From contig JAYPJF010000001.1 of the NCBI GenBank assembly GCA_038128225.1, positions 2,155-66,154 on the forward strand: a stretch of 64,000 bases of DNA, read 5' to 3'. Positions 26,550 to 36,801 of this stretch are shown in pieces (the stretch's first letter is position 1; the number at the start of each line of letters is the position of its first letter). The notes beneath the pieces were generated by a model that had not been told where the DNA came from, ran no database searches, and saw nothing but the letters and a program-made list of their open reading frames with translations. The stretch comes from a bacterium (GTDB taxonomy: Bacteria; Patescibacteriota; Minisyncoccia; Phycocordibacterales; UBA2100). A program made the position numbers and the translations under genes.

Positions 26550-28217
26550 TTAGTAGTCCATGTCGTCCATCCCACCCATGCCTCCGTGCCCATGATTCCC
26601 AGGGGTTTTCTTTTCATCTTCCGGCACCTCGGCAACCGCAACTTCGGTTGTGAGCAGCACCGCCGCGGCTGATGCCGCATTTTCAACACCGCTTCGTGTA
26701 ACTTTCACAGGATCGATGATCCCTTGCTCGTACATATCAACATACGTTGGTTCCACACTGTCGCCTGCGGCGTCGATACCGATTGCCGCACCTTTTTGTG
26801 CAACTTCACGCACTATTGCACCAGGGTCTTCGTACCCTGCGTTTTTCGCAATATGGCGCAACGGCGCATACAATGCACTCACGAGAATTTTGTACCCGAT
26901 GCTATTTTCATCATGCGCATCCGCATCAACTTTCTTGGCAAGTTTTTCTGCAACTTTGACAAGCGCGGCCCCTCCTCCTGGCACAATACCTTCGGCGATT
27001 GCGGCCTTTGTTGCGTTCACCGCGTCCTCAATCTTATCTTTAAGGTATTTCATTTCGGTTTCAGTCGCTGCACCCACACGAATTACTGCGACACCACCTG
27101 AAAGCTTCGCCAAACGCTCTTCAAGTTTCTCTTTGTCGAATTTTGAGTCAGTAGTTTCGATTTGCTTCTTGATTTGAGCAATGCGCGATTCAATGTCCGC
27201 TTTCTTGCCCTTGCCACCGACAACTACCGTTGAATCTTTCGTAGCTACGACGCGATTTGCTTTGCCAAGCATCGAGAGTTCGGCGCTTTCAAGTTTAAGA
27301 CCTACATCTTCTGAAATGAGCTGCGCGCCAATGGTGACAGCAATATCCTGCAGCATTTCTTTCTTACGGTCACCATACCCAGGTGCCTTCACTGCGAGAA
27401 CCGAGAACACTCCGCGAAGTTTGTTCAAGACAAAGGTCGTAAGCGCTTCTCCATCAACATCATCTGCGATGATCACCAATTCTTTCTTGCCACTTTGCAA
27501 AAGTTTTTCAAGAAGTGGGAGCACGTCTTGAATTGCAGAAATTTTTTTGTCGGTGATCAGGATTGGTGCGTCTTTCACCACCGCTTCCATGCGCTCAGGA
27601 TTAGTGATCATGTATGCGGACACATATCCTTTATCAAATTCGAGCCCTTCTACAAGATCAATCTCTGTACCGAGCGACTGTGACTCTTCAACAGTTACGA
27701 CGCCATCCTTTCCCACTTTTCCAATTGTTTCAGCAATTGTTTTCCCAAGCTCTTTACTTTCTGCCGAAATGCTCGCTACCTGCTCGATCTCCTGCTTACC
27801 CTTCACTTCTTTGGCCATTTTTTTCAATTCCGTCACCGCATCTTCTGCTGCTTTTTCAATACCTCGACGAATCATTACTGCATTTGCTCCCATCGCGGTG
27901 CGCTTCAACCCTTCAGCAATGATTGCTTGCGTCAACACAACCGCTGTCGTGGTGCCGTCCCCCGCTTTGTCATTGGTTTTTGAGGCAACTTCTTTTACCA
28001 CTTCTGCGCCCATGTTTTCGAATTTGTTCTTGAGCGTGATTTCTTTTGCAATTGAGACACCATCGTTTGTTATACGAGGTCCGCCGAATGATTTATCGAG
28101 CGCAACGTTTCTCCCGCGTGGTCCGAGGGTGACACGCACTGCGTTTGCTACCGTATCCACACCACGCTTGAGCGCTTCACGTACTTCTTGTCCAAAAAGA
28201 ACCTGTTTTGCTGCCAT
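26550..28217 (-). CDS. groL: chaperonin GroEL
   Basis: Full-length Cpn60 including C-terminal GGM repeats (GGMGGMDDMDY). Confidence 0.95.
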   Translation of the reverse strand: MAAKQVLFGQEVREALKRGVDTVANAVRVTLGPRGRNVALDKSFGGPRITNDGVSIAKEITLKNKFENMGAEVVKEVASKTNDKAGDGTTTAVVLTQAIIAEGLKRTAMGANAVMIRRGIEKAAEDAVTELKKMAKEVKGKQEIEQVASISAESKELGKTIAETIGKVGKDGVVTVEESQSLGTEIDLVEGLEFDKGYVSAYMITNPERMEAVVKDAPILITDKKISAIQDVLPLLEKLLQSGKKELVIIADDVDGEALTTFVLNKLRGVFSVLAVKAPGYGDRKKEMLQDIAVTIGAQLISEDVGLKLESAELSMLGKANRVVATKDSTVVVGGKGKKADIESRIAQIKKQIETTDSKFDKEKLEERLAKLSGGVAVIRVGAATETEMKYLKDKIEDAVNATKAAIAEGIVPGGGAALVKVAEKLAKKVDADAHDENSIGYKILVSALYAPLRHIAKNAGYEDPGAIVREVAQKGAAIGIDAAGDSVEPTYVDMYEQGIIDPVKVTRSGVENAASAAAVLLTTEVAVAEVPEDEKKTPGNHGHGGMGGMDDMDY

Positions 28218-28223
28218 AGGTAC

Positions 28224-28541
28224 TTATTTGATGATTGCTAAAATATTTGACTCATTGACGATGTAGTACTCTTCGTCTTCAATCTTTACCTCGTCATACC
28301 CATACTTTGAAAACATGATCGTATCCCCAACTTTAACGCGCATCGAGAGCACTTCCCCTTTTTCATTACGTCGCCCTTCTCCTACAGCGACCACTTTCCC
28401 ACGTTCGGGTTTTTCTTTCTTTGCAGTGTCAGGAATAATGATGCCTCCAGGAGACTTTTCATCTCTCGCACCTTCGGGCTTTACTAACACACGATCCCCC
28501 ATTGGCTGAATTGAAATCTTTGCCGCTTTTTTTGCTGCCAT
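28224..28541 (-). CDS. groS: co-chaperonin GroES
   Basis: Cpn10 family, 105 aa, immediately upstream of groEL. Confidence 0.95.
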   Translation of the reverse strand: MAAKKAAKISIQPMGDRVLVKPEGARDEKSPGGIIIPDTAKKEKPERGKVVAVGEGRRNEKGEVLSMRVKVGDTIMFSKYGYDEVKIEDEEYYIVNESNILAIIK

Positions 28542-28584
28542 GGTTTTTAAAATAGTTTATTAACGTACGCACGCTAGCGGAACG

Positions 28585-28613
28585 ATTATATACGTGTTCT
28601 TGTGCACAGCAAA
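28585..28613 (-). promoter_or_regulatory. putative groESL promoter (TTTGCT-17-TATAAT); no CIRCE operator evident
   Basis: Minus-strand hexamers with 17-nt spacer. Confidence 0.45.
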
Positions 28614-28667
28614 GTTGACTACCACCAATAGTAAGGGTGTAATAATAAGCCCCGCTGCGAAATTGAC

Positions 28668-28928
28668 GTGCCTCATTTTCCTGATATGATTATCCCGATG
28701 ACGACAGTGTTGGCCGTACTTCCCTATATCCAAATAGCGCTCTCCGCGCTTCTTATGATTGCGATCCTGATGCAACGCACTGGCGCTACCCTGGGCGGCG
28801 CATTCGGCGCAGACAATTTTAGTTCTGGCTTTCACACACGTCGTGGGTTGGAGCGTACCCTGTTCCAAGCTACGATAGTTTTGAGCGTTTTGTTCGCTTT
28901 GACTGCGCTCATCAATATTCTCTACTAG
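28668..28928 (+). CDS. secG: preprotein translocase subunit SecG
   Basis: Two TM helices flanking LMQRTGATLGGAFGADNFSSGFHTRRGLERTL signature. Start ambiguous (GTG 28668, ATG 28686 or 28698); putative TTGACT-17-TGTAAT promoter at 28614-28642. Confidence 0.75.
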   Translation: MPHFPDMIIPMTTVLAVLPYIQIALSALLMIAILMQRTGATLGGAFGADNFSSGFHTRRGLERTLFQATIVLSVLFALTALINILY

Positions 28929-28965
28929 TAACTTAAAGAGGGCTAAACCCTCGCGTAGCATTATT

Positions 28966-30711
28966 ATGCCTGAATGGGACCACCCTAAATCTTGGCTCAC
29001 CTCTGACATACGAATTCCACCACTCTCGTACCTTGAGTCACTCTTGGTAAAGTTTTCTCCTGCAGAACGCGCAGGGCTCTATACACTCACCCTTGGTGCA
29101 GTTACCGGTGTATTCTTGATGTTGATTTCACTCAACTTCAGTACAACCGTTCTTGTGCCCGCGCACGGCGGATCCCTCACCGAAGGTGTTATTGGCACCC
29201 CACGTTTCATTAATCCGCTCCTTGCAATCTCGGATGCAGATCGTGATCTTACTGAACTCATTTACTCAGGGCTCATGCGAGCACATCCAAATGGCGAACT
29301 CATTCCCGATCTCGCGGCTTCATATGAAATATCCGAGGACGGGACTGTGTATACCTTTGTTCTCAAAGACGGCGTCGTATTCCATGATGGCACTCCCGTA
29401 ACAGCCGCGGACATTGTTTTTACCGTTTCGACAGCACAAAACCCTGAGATCAAAAGCGTGCGTCGCGCCGATTGGGAAGGAGTTGTTGTAGAGGCAGTGG
29501 ATGAAAAAACTGTGCGCTTCACATTGCCGCGGCCATACGCACCGTTTCTCGAAAATACAACTATGGGAGTGCTCCCAAGCTATCTTTGGGAAGAGGTTTC
29601 ACCCGAAGAATTTCCTTTTTATTTCCTCAATACCAAGCCAATCGGATCAGGCCCGTTTAGTATCCTTCGCATAGAATCAAATGCTACGGGCGTGCCTGTA
29701 AAATTCGAACTTCGCGCATTCCCGGCATTTTCGCTCGGCGAACCATACCTCGACACTATCACCATCGAAGCATTCCCCAACGAAGACGCGGTGCGCAGCG
29801 CACTTCGTGAAGGTTCTATTGAATCGGCAGCCGGCCTTATAAACGTAGACGCGTCGGCATCCGCGAACCCTTCCAACGCGCTGCGCACTACACTCCCCCG
29901 CGTGTTTGCAGTTTTCCTTAACTTTAATAAAGCTCCGGCGTTCACCGATATACAAGTTCGAAAAGCACTCGAGATGGTCGTAGACCGAGACATGATTGTG
30001 CAACAAGCGCTCTCTGGGTACGGCACCCCTGTATTTTCGCCTGTTCCCGTAGGTCTCATCGACAATGCTGGTGACACAGCCACCACTACGCTGGAAGAAC
30101 GTGTCCAGACCGCAGGAGCACTCCTCGATAAAGCGGGCTGGCAGCGCGACCAAGAGACAGGAATGCGCGTCAAAAAAGACGTCCCGCTTACATTCTCAAT
30201 CTCAACATCTGACACCCCCGAACTCGTTGCGACTGGAGAGTTGCTTGCAACAACATGGCGCAACCTTGGTATCGACGTCACTCTCAAAGTGTTCGCTATT
30301 AGTGATTTAAACAACTCTGTCATACGACCACGTGATTATGAAGCGCTTTTGTTTGGTGAGATTATTGGGCGCCCTGCCGACGTTTTTGCTTTTTGGCACT
30401 CGTCACAGCGAAATGATCCCGGACTGAACCTCGCGCTCTATGCAAACCCCGCAACAGACAAGCTGCTCGCGGAAACACGCTCTGAAATTGACCGAGACGC
30501 ACGTATCGAAAATATTCGCGAGTTTGTGCGGCACGTTGTAAAAGACGTCCCGGCGATCTTCTTGTATTCTCCAGATTTTATGTATATCATTCCTAACGAC
30601 CTTCGAGGCGTGAACCTCGGACTCCTATCAACGGGGGCGGAACGTTTCTCTCTTGTGCACCAATGGTACCGGGAAGAAGAGCGTGTCTGGCAAGTTTTTC
30701 TCAATGAGTAA
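28966..30711 (+). CDS. ABC transporter substrate-binding protein, family 5 (Opp/Dpp-like), membrane-anchored
   Basis: N-terminal TM/signal, SBP_bac_5-like architecture about 580 aa. Confidence 0.65.
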   Translation: MPEWDHPKSWLTSDIRIPPLSYLESLLVKFSPAERAGLYTLTLGAVTGVFLMLISLNFSTTVLVPAHGGSLTEGVIGTPRFINPLLAISDADRDLTELIYSGLMRAHPNGELIPDLAASYEISEDGTVYTFVLKDGVVFHDGTPVTAADIVFTVSTAQNPEIKSVRRADWEGVVVEAVDEKTVRFTLPRPYAPFLENTTMGVLPSYLWEEVSPEEFPFYFLNTKPIGSGPFSILRIESNATGVPVKFELRAFPAFSLGEPYLDTITIEAFPNEDAVRSALREGSIESAAGLINVDASASANPSNALRTTLPRVFAVFLNFNKAPAFTDIQVRKALEMVVDRDMIVQQALSGYGTPVFSPVPVGLIDNAGDTATTTLEERVQTAGALLDKAGWQRDQETGMRVKKDVPLTFSISTSDTPELVATGELLATTWRNLGIDVTLKVFAISDLNNSVIRPRDYEALLFGEIIGRPADVFAFWHSSQRNDPGLNLALYANPATDKLLAETRSEIDRDARIENIREFVRHVVKDVPAIFLYSPDFMYIIPNDLRGVNLGLLSTGAERFSLVHQWYREEERVWQVFLNE

Positions 30712-30752
30712 GTAAATAATTAGTAGTATTAACAATAGTTTAAAAACATAGT

Positions 30753-32600
30753 ATGGATCAACGAAAGCGCCCAATGAAGGTGCGCCGCCCGCACGAGGCG
30801 CGTGAGCGCGGCAATCGTGTTCGCCGTTTCAATCGGCCTATGCGCCGCCCCATGCGCCGCAACGTACCGTTGCGCGAAATCACAAACTCGCGAGGTACAG
30901 TCTCAACCCCCATCCCTGCGCTTGCCCCCGATGCGATTCGCATCATTCCACTCGGTGGCGTTGAAGAAGTGGGCCGCAACATGACCGCACTTGAAGTTGG
31001 AGAATCAATTTTTGTCATTGATTGTGGTTTCCAATTCCGAGAGGACGATACGCCAGGCATCGACTACATTCTCCCAAACACGCAATATTTGGAAGAAAAT
31101 CGCGCGCGCATTAAAGCGATGTTTGTTACCCACGGACACCTCGACCACATTGGAGGTATCCCCTACATCCTCGATCGCATTGGCAATCCTCCGATTTACA
31201 CACGCAAACTCACAGGGCTGATGATCAAAAAGCGTCACGCAGAATTTGCCCACTTGCCCGAGCCGATCATTCGAGAAGTCGAGAAAGACGAGCACGTATC
31301 GGTAGCGGGGCTTTCCGTGTCGTTTTTCGCAGTCACCCACACGATCCCTGATTCAATGGGTATTATTTTTGAAACGGCATTTGGCGATGTCGTAGTGACA
31401 GGAGATATAAAACTCGACCAAGAAAACGGGAGGCCGACTGAAGCAGAGGAACGAGAGTTCGCCACGTTCCAAAACCGGAAAGTGCTTGCGCTTTTGATGG
31501 ACTCAACGAATGTGGAGCGTCCAGGGTGGTCAATCCCCGAGCGTACTGTTTTCAAGACGCTTGAGGAGATTATCATCAACACCCATGGGCGCATTATCAT
31601 AGGAACGTTCGCGTCACAACTAGAACGCTTAATGAGGATCGTGCAGATTGCTGAAGCGACTGACCGCCGCATTGTGATTGATGGTCGTTCCATGCGAACA
31701 AATATCGAAATTGTACGCGAGCTTGGCATTCTCAAACACAAAGACGAGACAATTGTGTCAGTCGAATCAATGCCCGAATACCCTCCCGAGAAGCTCATTA
31801 TTCTTGCAACCGGAGCGCAGGGTGACGAATTCGCATCACTCATGCGCATTGCAAACAAAAATCATAAATACATAAGCCTCACCCCCCGAGATACCGTGGT
31901 CCTTTCTTCTTCGGTTATCCCCGGAAACGAGCGCGCAGTGCAACGCCTCAAAGATAACTTGTCCCGCCAAGGCGCGCACATCATTACTTACCAGTCGAGT
32001 GATGTGCACGCGTCCGGACATGGAAACCGCGAAGAAGCAAAATGGGTGCACACAAAAGTTCGTCCGAAGTTCTTCATTCCACAGCATGGATATCACTACA
32101 TGCTCCGCGTACATGCTGACCTCATAAAAGAATCGATTGGTCTTCCTGAGGAGCAAATCGCAATACCAGACAACAGTTCTATTATTGAAATCCAAGAAAG
32201 CGGCACAAAATTGGTGCGTCGCGCGGAGAAAGTACCATCGAGTTTGCGTGTAGTCGAAGGACAATCAATCGGTGAACTCTCAGATGTACTCATGCGCGAC
32301 CGCAAGGCGCTTTCTCAAGACGGGTTTTGCGTTGTTGTCGCGACCGTTGATCGCCGTACTGGTAAACTTCACAAATCGCCCGATATTATCTCGCGTGGCT
32401 TCGTCTACCTGCGAGACAATAAAGATCTGATGGATCAAACTCGGCTAATCATCCGAAAAAGTGTTGAATCATCTTTGAAAGGTACACGCATCTCCGATCT
32501 CGACGCTGCAAAAGAAGAGCTCGCAGAAAACGTCTCTCGCTTCTTGATGCTTCAGACACAAAAACACCCGATTGTTATCCCGGTCATCGTGAGCGTATAG
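30753..32600 (+). CDS. rnj: ribonuclease J (metallo-beta-lactamase/beta-CASP) with Arg-rich N-terminal extension
   Basis: HGHLDHIGG motif, beta-CASP and C-terminal domains; about 60 N-terminal residues are Arg-rich (RRPHEARERGNRVRRFNRPMRRPMRR). Confidence 0.85.
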   Translation: MDQRKRPMKVRRPHEARERGNRVRRFNRPMRRPMRRNVPLREITNSRGTVSTPIPALAPDAIRIIPLGGVEEVGRNMTALEVGESIFVIDCGFQFREDDTPGIDYILPNTQYLEENRARIKAMFVTHGHLDHIGGIPYILDRIGNPPIYTRKLTGLMIKKRHAEFAHLPEPIIREVEKDEHVSVAGLSVSFFAVTHTIPDSMGIIFETAFGDVVVTGDIKLDQENGRPTEAEEREFATFQNRKVLALLMDSTNVERPGWSIPERTVFKTLEEIIINTHGRIIIGTFASQLERLMRIVQIAEATDRRIVIDGRSMRTNIEIVRELGILKHKDETIVSVESMPEYPPEKLIILATGAQGDEFASLMRIANKNHKYISLTPRDTVVLSSSVIPGNERAVQRLKDNLSRQGAHIITYQSSDVHASGHGNREEAKWVHTKVRPKFFIPQHGYHYMLRVHADLIKESIGLPEEQIAIPDNSSIIEIQESGTKLVRRAEKVPSSLRVVEGQSIGELSDVLMRDRKALSQDGFCVVVATVDRRTGKLHKSPDIISRGFVYLRDNKDLMDQTRLIIRKSVESSLKGTRISDLDAAKEELAENVSRFLMLQTQKHPIVIPVIVSV

Positions 32601-32636
32601 TGGCGGCCGGCAGAAAACTGCCGGCCTTTTCTCCAT
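32601..32636 (+). terminator. rho-independent terminator after rnj
   Basis: GGCCGGCAG-AAAA-CTGCCGGCC followed by TTTTCTCC. Confidence 0.8.
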
Positions 32637-32643
32637 TACCAAA

Positions 32644-32814
32644 CTACCAACGCGGCAGGTCGCTGCTGTCCTTCTCTCCCGCAAATCGCCGAGTTTTCTC
32701 CCCCGGTCGGGCGGGATGTCCCAAGAGAACGATCCACCCTATCATGAGTCCGAGTACAATCCCCAAACCCGCACCAATGGCGCCAAATACAAGTGTTTCC
32801 ATGCTTTCCTCCAT
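32644..32814 (-). CDS. hypothetical small single-TM protein
   Basis: Gly/Ala/Leu-rich TM segment (LVFGAIGAGLGIVLGLMIGWIVLL); start uncertain. Confidence 0.3.
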   Translation of the reverse strand: MEESMETLVFGAIGAGLGIVLGLMIGWIVLLGHPARPGEKTRRFAGEKDSSDLPRW

Positions 32815-32878
32815 TTCGAAGTAAATCAACCAAGGATTATACCGACCATGCACTATACAGACAAGCTATACTGTACGC

Positions 32879-34042
32879 ATGGTTAGCCGCGTATATGCGC
32901 CGCCCTTTCTGGTATTGTACATGCTCGGTTTTTTGTTTGCACTTCAGATCGCTCTCTCGGGGTATTACAACATCCCTTTCTTGACGGAACGTGGTTTTTC
33001 TCAAGACGCGTCGGGCCTCGTGTACATCGTAGGCGCCTGTGGTGCCATCGTATGGTTCTTGTTCCTCCACCCCATACTACGCACACTTGGCCCGTTGCGA
33101 CTTGCGATCCTCACGGGGTTCCTTATGAGCGTGAGCGCGTGGGGGCTAGCAGGTACGCTTGACCCGCACACCATTACTATTCTCTTGGGCATATTTCTTG
33201 CTGCGCAAATGGTGATGTACTCGCTTATTGATACGCTCATCGAGACGCGCATCGCGCGCGCCGAATCACTCACAGGGCGTGTGCGAGGCCTCTATCTCAC
33301 TGCGGCAAATGCCGGTTTTATTGTAGCGCCAGCGCTTGCTGGTTTTATTGTTGGCTCATTTTCATACGAACTCCTGTACGTCACGATCGCGCTTCTCGGA
33401 ATTGTCTTTTGTTGGACAACGGCACGCTCTTTCTCGTATGCACCCGTACAGTATGCAAAAACTCAGGGTCGCATTGCACATCTCATGCGCACTCCCCGTA
33501 TTCGCAGCATGGTGAGCATCCAATTCTTGATCCGCCTGATGTATGCGGTAACGCTTATGTATCTTACGATATTTCTCACTACCGAAATTGGTCTCTCCGT
33601 CACCCATGCCGGCTTACTTCTCTCGCTTTCGATTATCCCTTTCGCTATCGTGCAGTTTCCGCTCGGGTTCTTGGGCGATGTGCGTTTAGGTGAAAAAGAA
33701 CTCCTTACAACCGGGATAACATTGATGGCGGGAGCAACAGTTGCACTAGGACTCTTTGCTCACGCGGACTTTTGGACGCTTCTTGTAATACTGGGGATTC
33801 TCAACACCGGCGCCGCAATTTCGGAAATTATGGTGGAAAGCTACTTTTTCAAACACATTGGAAGCAAGAATGATCTTGAAATAAGTGCGTTTCGTATACT
33901 GACCCCGCTTGCCTACATCGTCGCCCCGTTGCTTGGGGCGCTGGTACTAAGCTTTTCCTCACTCAGTGTTTTATTTGTCCTGCTTGGATCCATTCTTTTT
34001 TTGGGAATCCCTTGTGCGCTCACGCTTCGTGACACGCGGTGA
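32879..34042 (+). CDS. MFS transporter (12 TM)
   Basis: 12 predicted TM helices with MFS loop motifs. Confidence 0.7.
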   Translation: MVSRVYAPPFLVLYMLGFLFALQIALSGYYNIPFLTERGFSQDASGLVYIVGACGAIVWFLFLHPILRTLGPLRLAILTGFLMSVSAWGLAGTLDPHTITILLGIFLAAQMVMYSLIDTLIETRIARAESLTGRVRGLYLTAANAGFIVAPALAGFIVGSFSYELLYVTIALLGIVFCWTTARSFSYAPVQYAKTQGRIAHLMRTPRIRSMVSIQFLIRLMYAVTLMYLTIFLTTEIGLSVTHAGLLLSLSIIPFAIVQFPLGFLGDVRLGEKELLTTGITLMAGATVALGLFAHADFWTLLVILGILNTGAAISEIMVESYFFKHIGSKNDLEISAFRILTPLAYIVAPLLGALVLSFSSLSVLFVLLGSILFLGIPCALTLRDTR

Positions 34043-34885
34043 GCGAGCAATGCGAATGTATCTGCCACGTTGCTCAACAAGTCCATCCCGTATAAGGGTG
34101 CGCACGGCTTCTCCTGCGCGAGGCTTCATTCTTTGCTCCATTGCCTCCATGAGCGTTTTTTCAGTTGCCGAATGCTTAGTGAGAACGCGTACTATTGCGC
34201 CACGCACTTCGCGCAGCGAGCCGCGAAAGGATTTCTGCTTTACATACACCATGCTCGCGCGATTTGCGTTTCCGTACTGCTTTTTTGTATAGGCACCGTA
34301 ATCCATGAGTGCCCAGTACCATACGCGCGGGCTTTTTTCACTGTATCGACGCATGATGTTTTTGACTTGTTCCTCTGAAACACGATGTCGCCCAGCAAAA
34401 AATAAACGGATAATCGCTGAACGAACATTTGTTTCGAGCACGATCGCGGGCATATCAAATGCAAACGCTTGAATTGCTGCAGCGGTATACTCCCCTACAC
34501 CAGGGAGAGACTCAAGATCCTCGCGCAAGCAAGGCACGCGCCCATCAAAACGATCAACGATTATTTTTGCCGCTTTGTGCAAAAATAAGGCACGGCGATT
34601 ATAGCCAAGTCCCTGCCACAGGCGCACAACCGTAGAAAGCGGCGCCCGCGCAAGCATATGTACCGTCGGGAATGTTTTCAAAAATGTACGGTAGTATGGA
34701 AGCACTCTGTCAACTTGCGTTTGTTGAAGCATGATTTCAGAAACAAGTATTCGATATGGATCAGTGGTTTTCCGCCATGGCAAGGTATGTCTGCCATGTT
34801 TCTTGTAGTGCGCATACACGTCGCGCCTTAATTTTTTGAATTTCTGATACATGGAGGGCGCCGTGGAGATCCACGGCGCCCTCAT
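33971..34885 (-). CDS. HhH-GPD base-excision glycosylase, MutY-like (no Fe-S Cys cluster seen)
   Basis: LPWRKTTDPYRILVSEIMLQQTQV MutY/Nth hallmark and HhH-GPD (LPGVGEYTAAAI); lacks the C-x6-C-x2-C-x5-C cluster. Confidence 0.7.
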   Translation of the reverse strand: MRAPWISTAPSMYQKFKKLRRDVYAHYKKHGRHTLPWRKTTDPYRILVSEIMLQQTQVDRVLPYYRTFLKTFPTVHMLARAPLSTVVRLWQGLGYNRRALFLHKAAKIIVDRFDGRVPCLREDLESLPGVGEYTAAAIQAFAFDMPAIVLETNVRSAIIRLFFAGRHRVSEEQVKNIMRRYSEKSPRVWYWALMDYGAYTKKQYGNANRASMVYVKQKSFRGSLREVRGAIVRVLTKHSATEKTLMEAMEQRMKPRAGEAVRTLIRDGLVEQRGRYIRIARSPRVTKRERTRDSQKKNGSKQDK

Positions 34886-34886
34886 C

Positions 34887-36727
34887 TTACTCAGTAGTTA
34901 CTGCTTTTGCGAGGTTTCGTGGCTGATCCACATCACACCCGCGCGCAACTCCCGCGTAGTATGCGAGGAGATCGAGTGCAGTGGTAACCACAAAGACATC
35001 CATAAGAGGATGCGGGACCCGCGGCACAAAGATCGTATGATCGGCTTGCTGTTCAACCTCCGTGTCACCTTCGGTTGCAATCGCAAAAACCGGACCTTTC
35101 CGCGCACGAATCTCCGCAAGACTTGTGAGCGTCTTTTCACGTGCGGGGCCTTGTGGCACAACGATCACACTTGGAAACGACTCGTTGACGAGCGCGAGCG
35201 GGCCGTGTTTCATTTCACCAGCTGCATACCCTTCTGCATGTATGTAGGACACCTCTTTAATTTTGAGAGCGCCCTCACACGCAGCCGGATAGTGGAGTCC
35301 ACGCCCAAGATAGAGTGCGTTCTCGTACTTTGAAAGCACCGCCGCTTTCTCCTGCACATACGCGCGCCATTCTTTACTCAACATTCGTTCTAAAATATCA
35401 GGTGTTGCCGCAAGATCCGTAAGGATCTGCACCGCCGTCTGATGAGGAAGCCCGCGCATCCGACCTAACTGAACCGCCATCATAAGAAGGATGGCGACCG
35501 GCGCAAAAAACGCCTTCGTTGATGCAACCGCGCTCTCCTGCCCGGCGCGCATATGCACTCCTGCGTGCGTGATGCGTGTTAGCCGAGAGTTCGCGGTGTT
35601 AACGACACCAAGTGCAAGAGCACCCCGCCGTTTTGCCTCTTCGAGCGCATCGCATGTATCCTTCGTCTCGCCGGACTGCGATACTGCAACAACCGCTGCG
35701 TGCCGCAACACCGAGACTCGATCTGCAAATTCAGATGCGAGCACAACTTCCGTAGGAATCCCCGCGAGCGTCTCAAAGAAATACGCCCCGAACTGCGCTG
35801 CGTAATACGCAGTACCGCATCCGGTAAATACAACTCGTTCGAGCTCATATAGCCAATCCTTAACTCTTTCGAGTCCGCCAAGCCAGACAAGTCCATCTTT
35901 AGACTTATTCCTTCCAGCCATACATACGCGCAACACCTCGGGAATCTGCATGATTTCCTTCAGCATATAATGACGATATTCGCCGCGATCGAGCTCCTGC
36001 TCCGACAGATGAACTTGTTGCTCCTTGCGAACGACATGACCGCCGTTAAGCCTGACAATGGCGTGCGCGTGCGGTTCAAGCACCGCGATATCGCCATCTT
36101 CCATCCAGATCATACTTGCTGTGTGTGCAGCAAGCGCGATTGGATCCGAAGCCACCAAACGCGCCTGCTCGGTAATACCGATGATGAGCGGGCTGCCGGC
36201 ACATGCTGCAATCAAGATTTCCGGACAATCGAGGTGTACCACTGCGATCCCGTACGCACCGCGAACACAACTTAGCGCAGCCTCTACGGCGGTACACAAC
36301 GATTCGTTTCTTTTGTACTCACGCTCGATTAAGTGCGCAAGCACTTCTGAATCAGTTTCCGATGCAAACGCATGACCTTGCTTTTCAAGTTCGTCGCGCA
36401 ATTCGCGCCAGTTCTCGATGACACCATTATGAACGACGGCGATTCGCTTTGTGCAGTCGAGGTGTGGGTGCGCATTCGCTTCAGTGACTTCTCCATGTGT
36501 CGCCCACCGTGTGTGTGCCACACCCGAGCAACTCGGATTCTTGTGTACCCTACGCGCTTCAATATGCGCTGCAAGTTGCGAAACCTTTCCTACAGAGCGC
36601 ACACAAGTCCCGTCGGAAAGAAAAACTCCCGCGGAATCGTACCCTCGATATTCAAGGCGGTACAATCCGTCAACAAGCGACCGGATTACTCCTGCATCCT
36701 TGCTAGTGATGCCGATAATGCCACACA
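34887..36727 (-). CDS. glmS: glutamine--fructose-6-phosphate aminotransferase
   Basis: Start at MCGIIG (Ntn Cys1) with GGAGGT RBS; two SIS domains; about 613 aa. Confidence 0.9.
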
Positions 36728-36801
36728 TGTCTGTACCTCCATCTTTAACCTGCCTCGCAGGTTCTCTGTTCACTCTACCACAGCGGATCGCTTGCGCGCC
36801 C

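Noticed and set aside
26650-28266. Several 100-240-aa plus-strand ORFs inside groEL
   Set aside because: Antisense to a highly conserved gene; Ser/Ala/Thr-rich low-complexity translations.
28560-29009. 149-aa minus ORF overlapping secG and the SBP gene start
   Set aside because: Overlaps two better-supported plus-strand genes and the groESL/secG promoter region.
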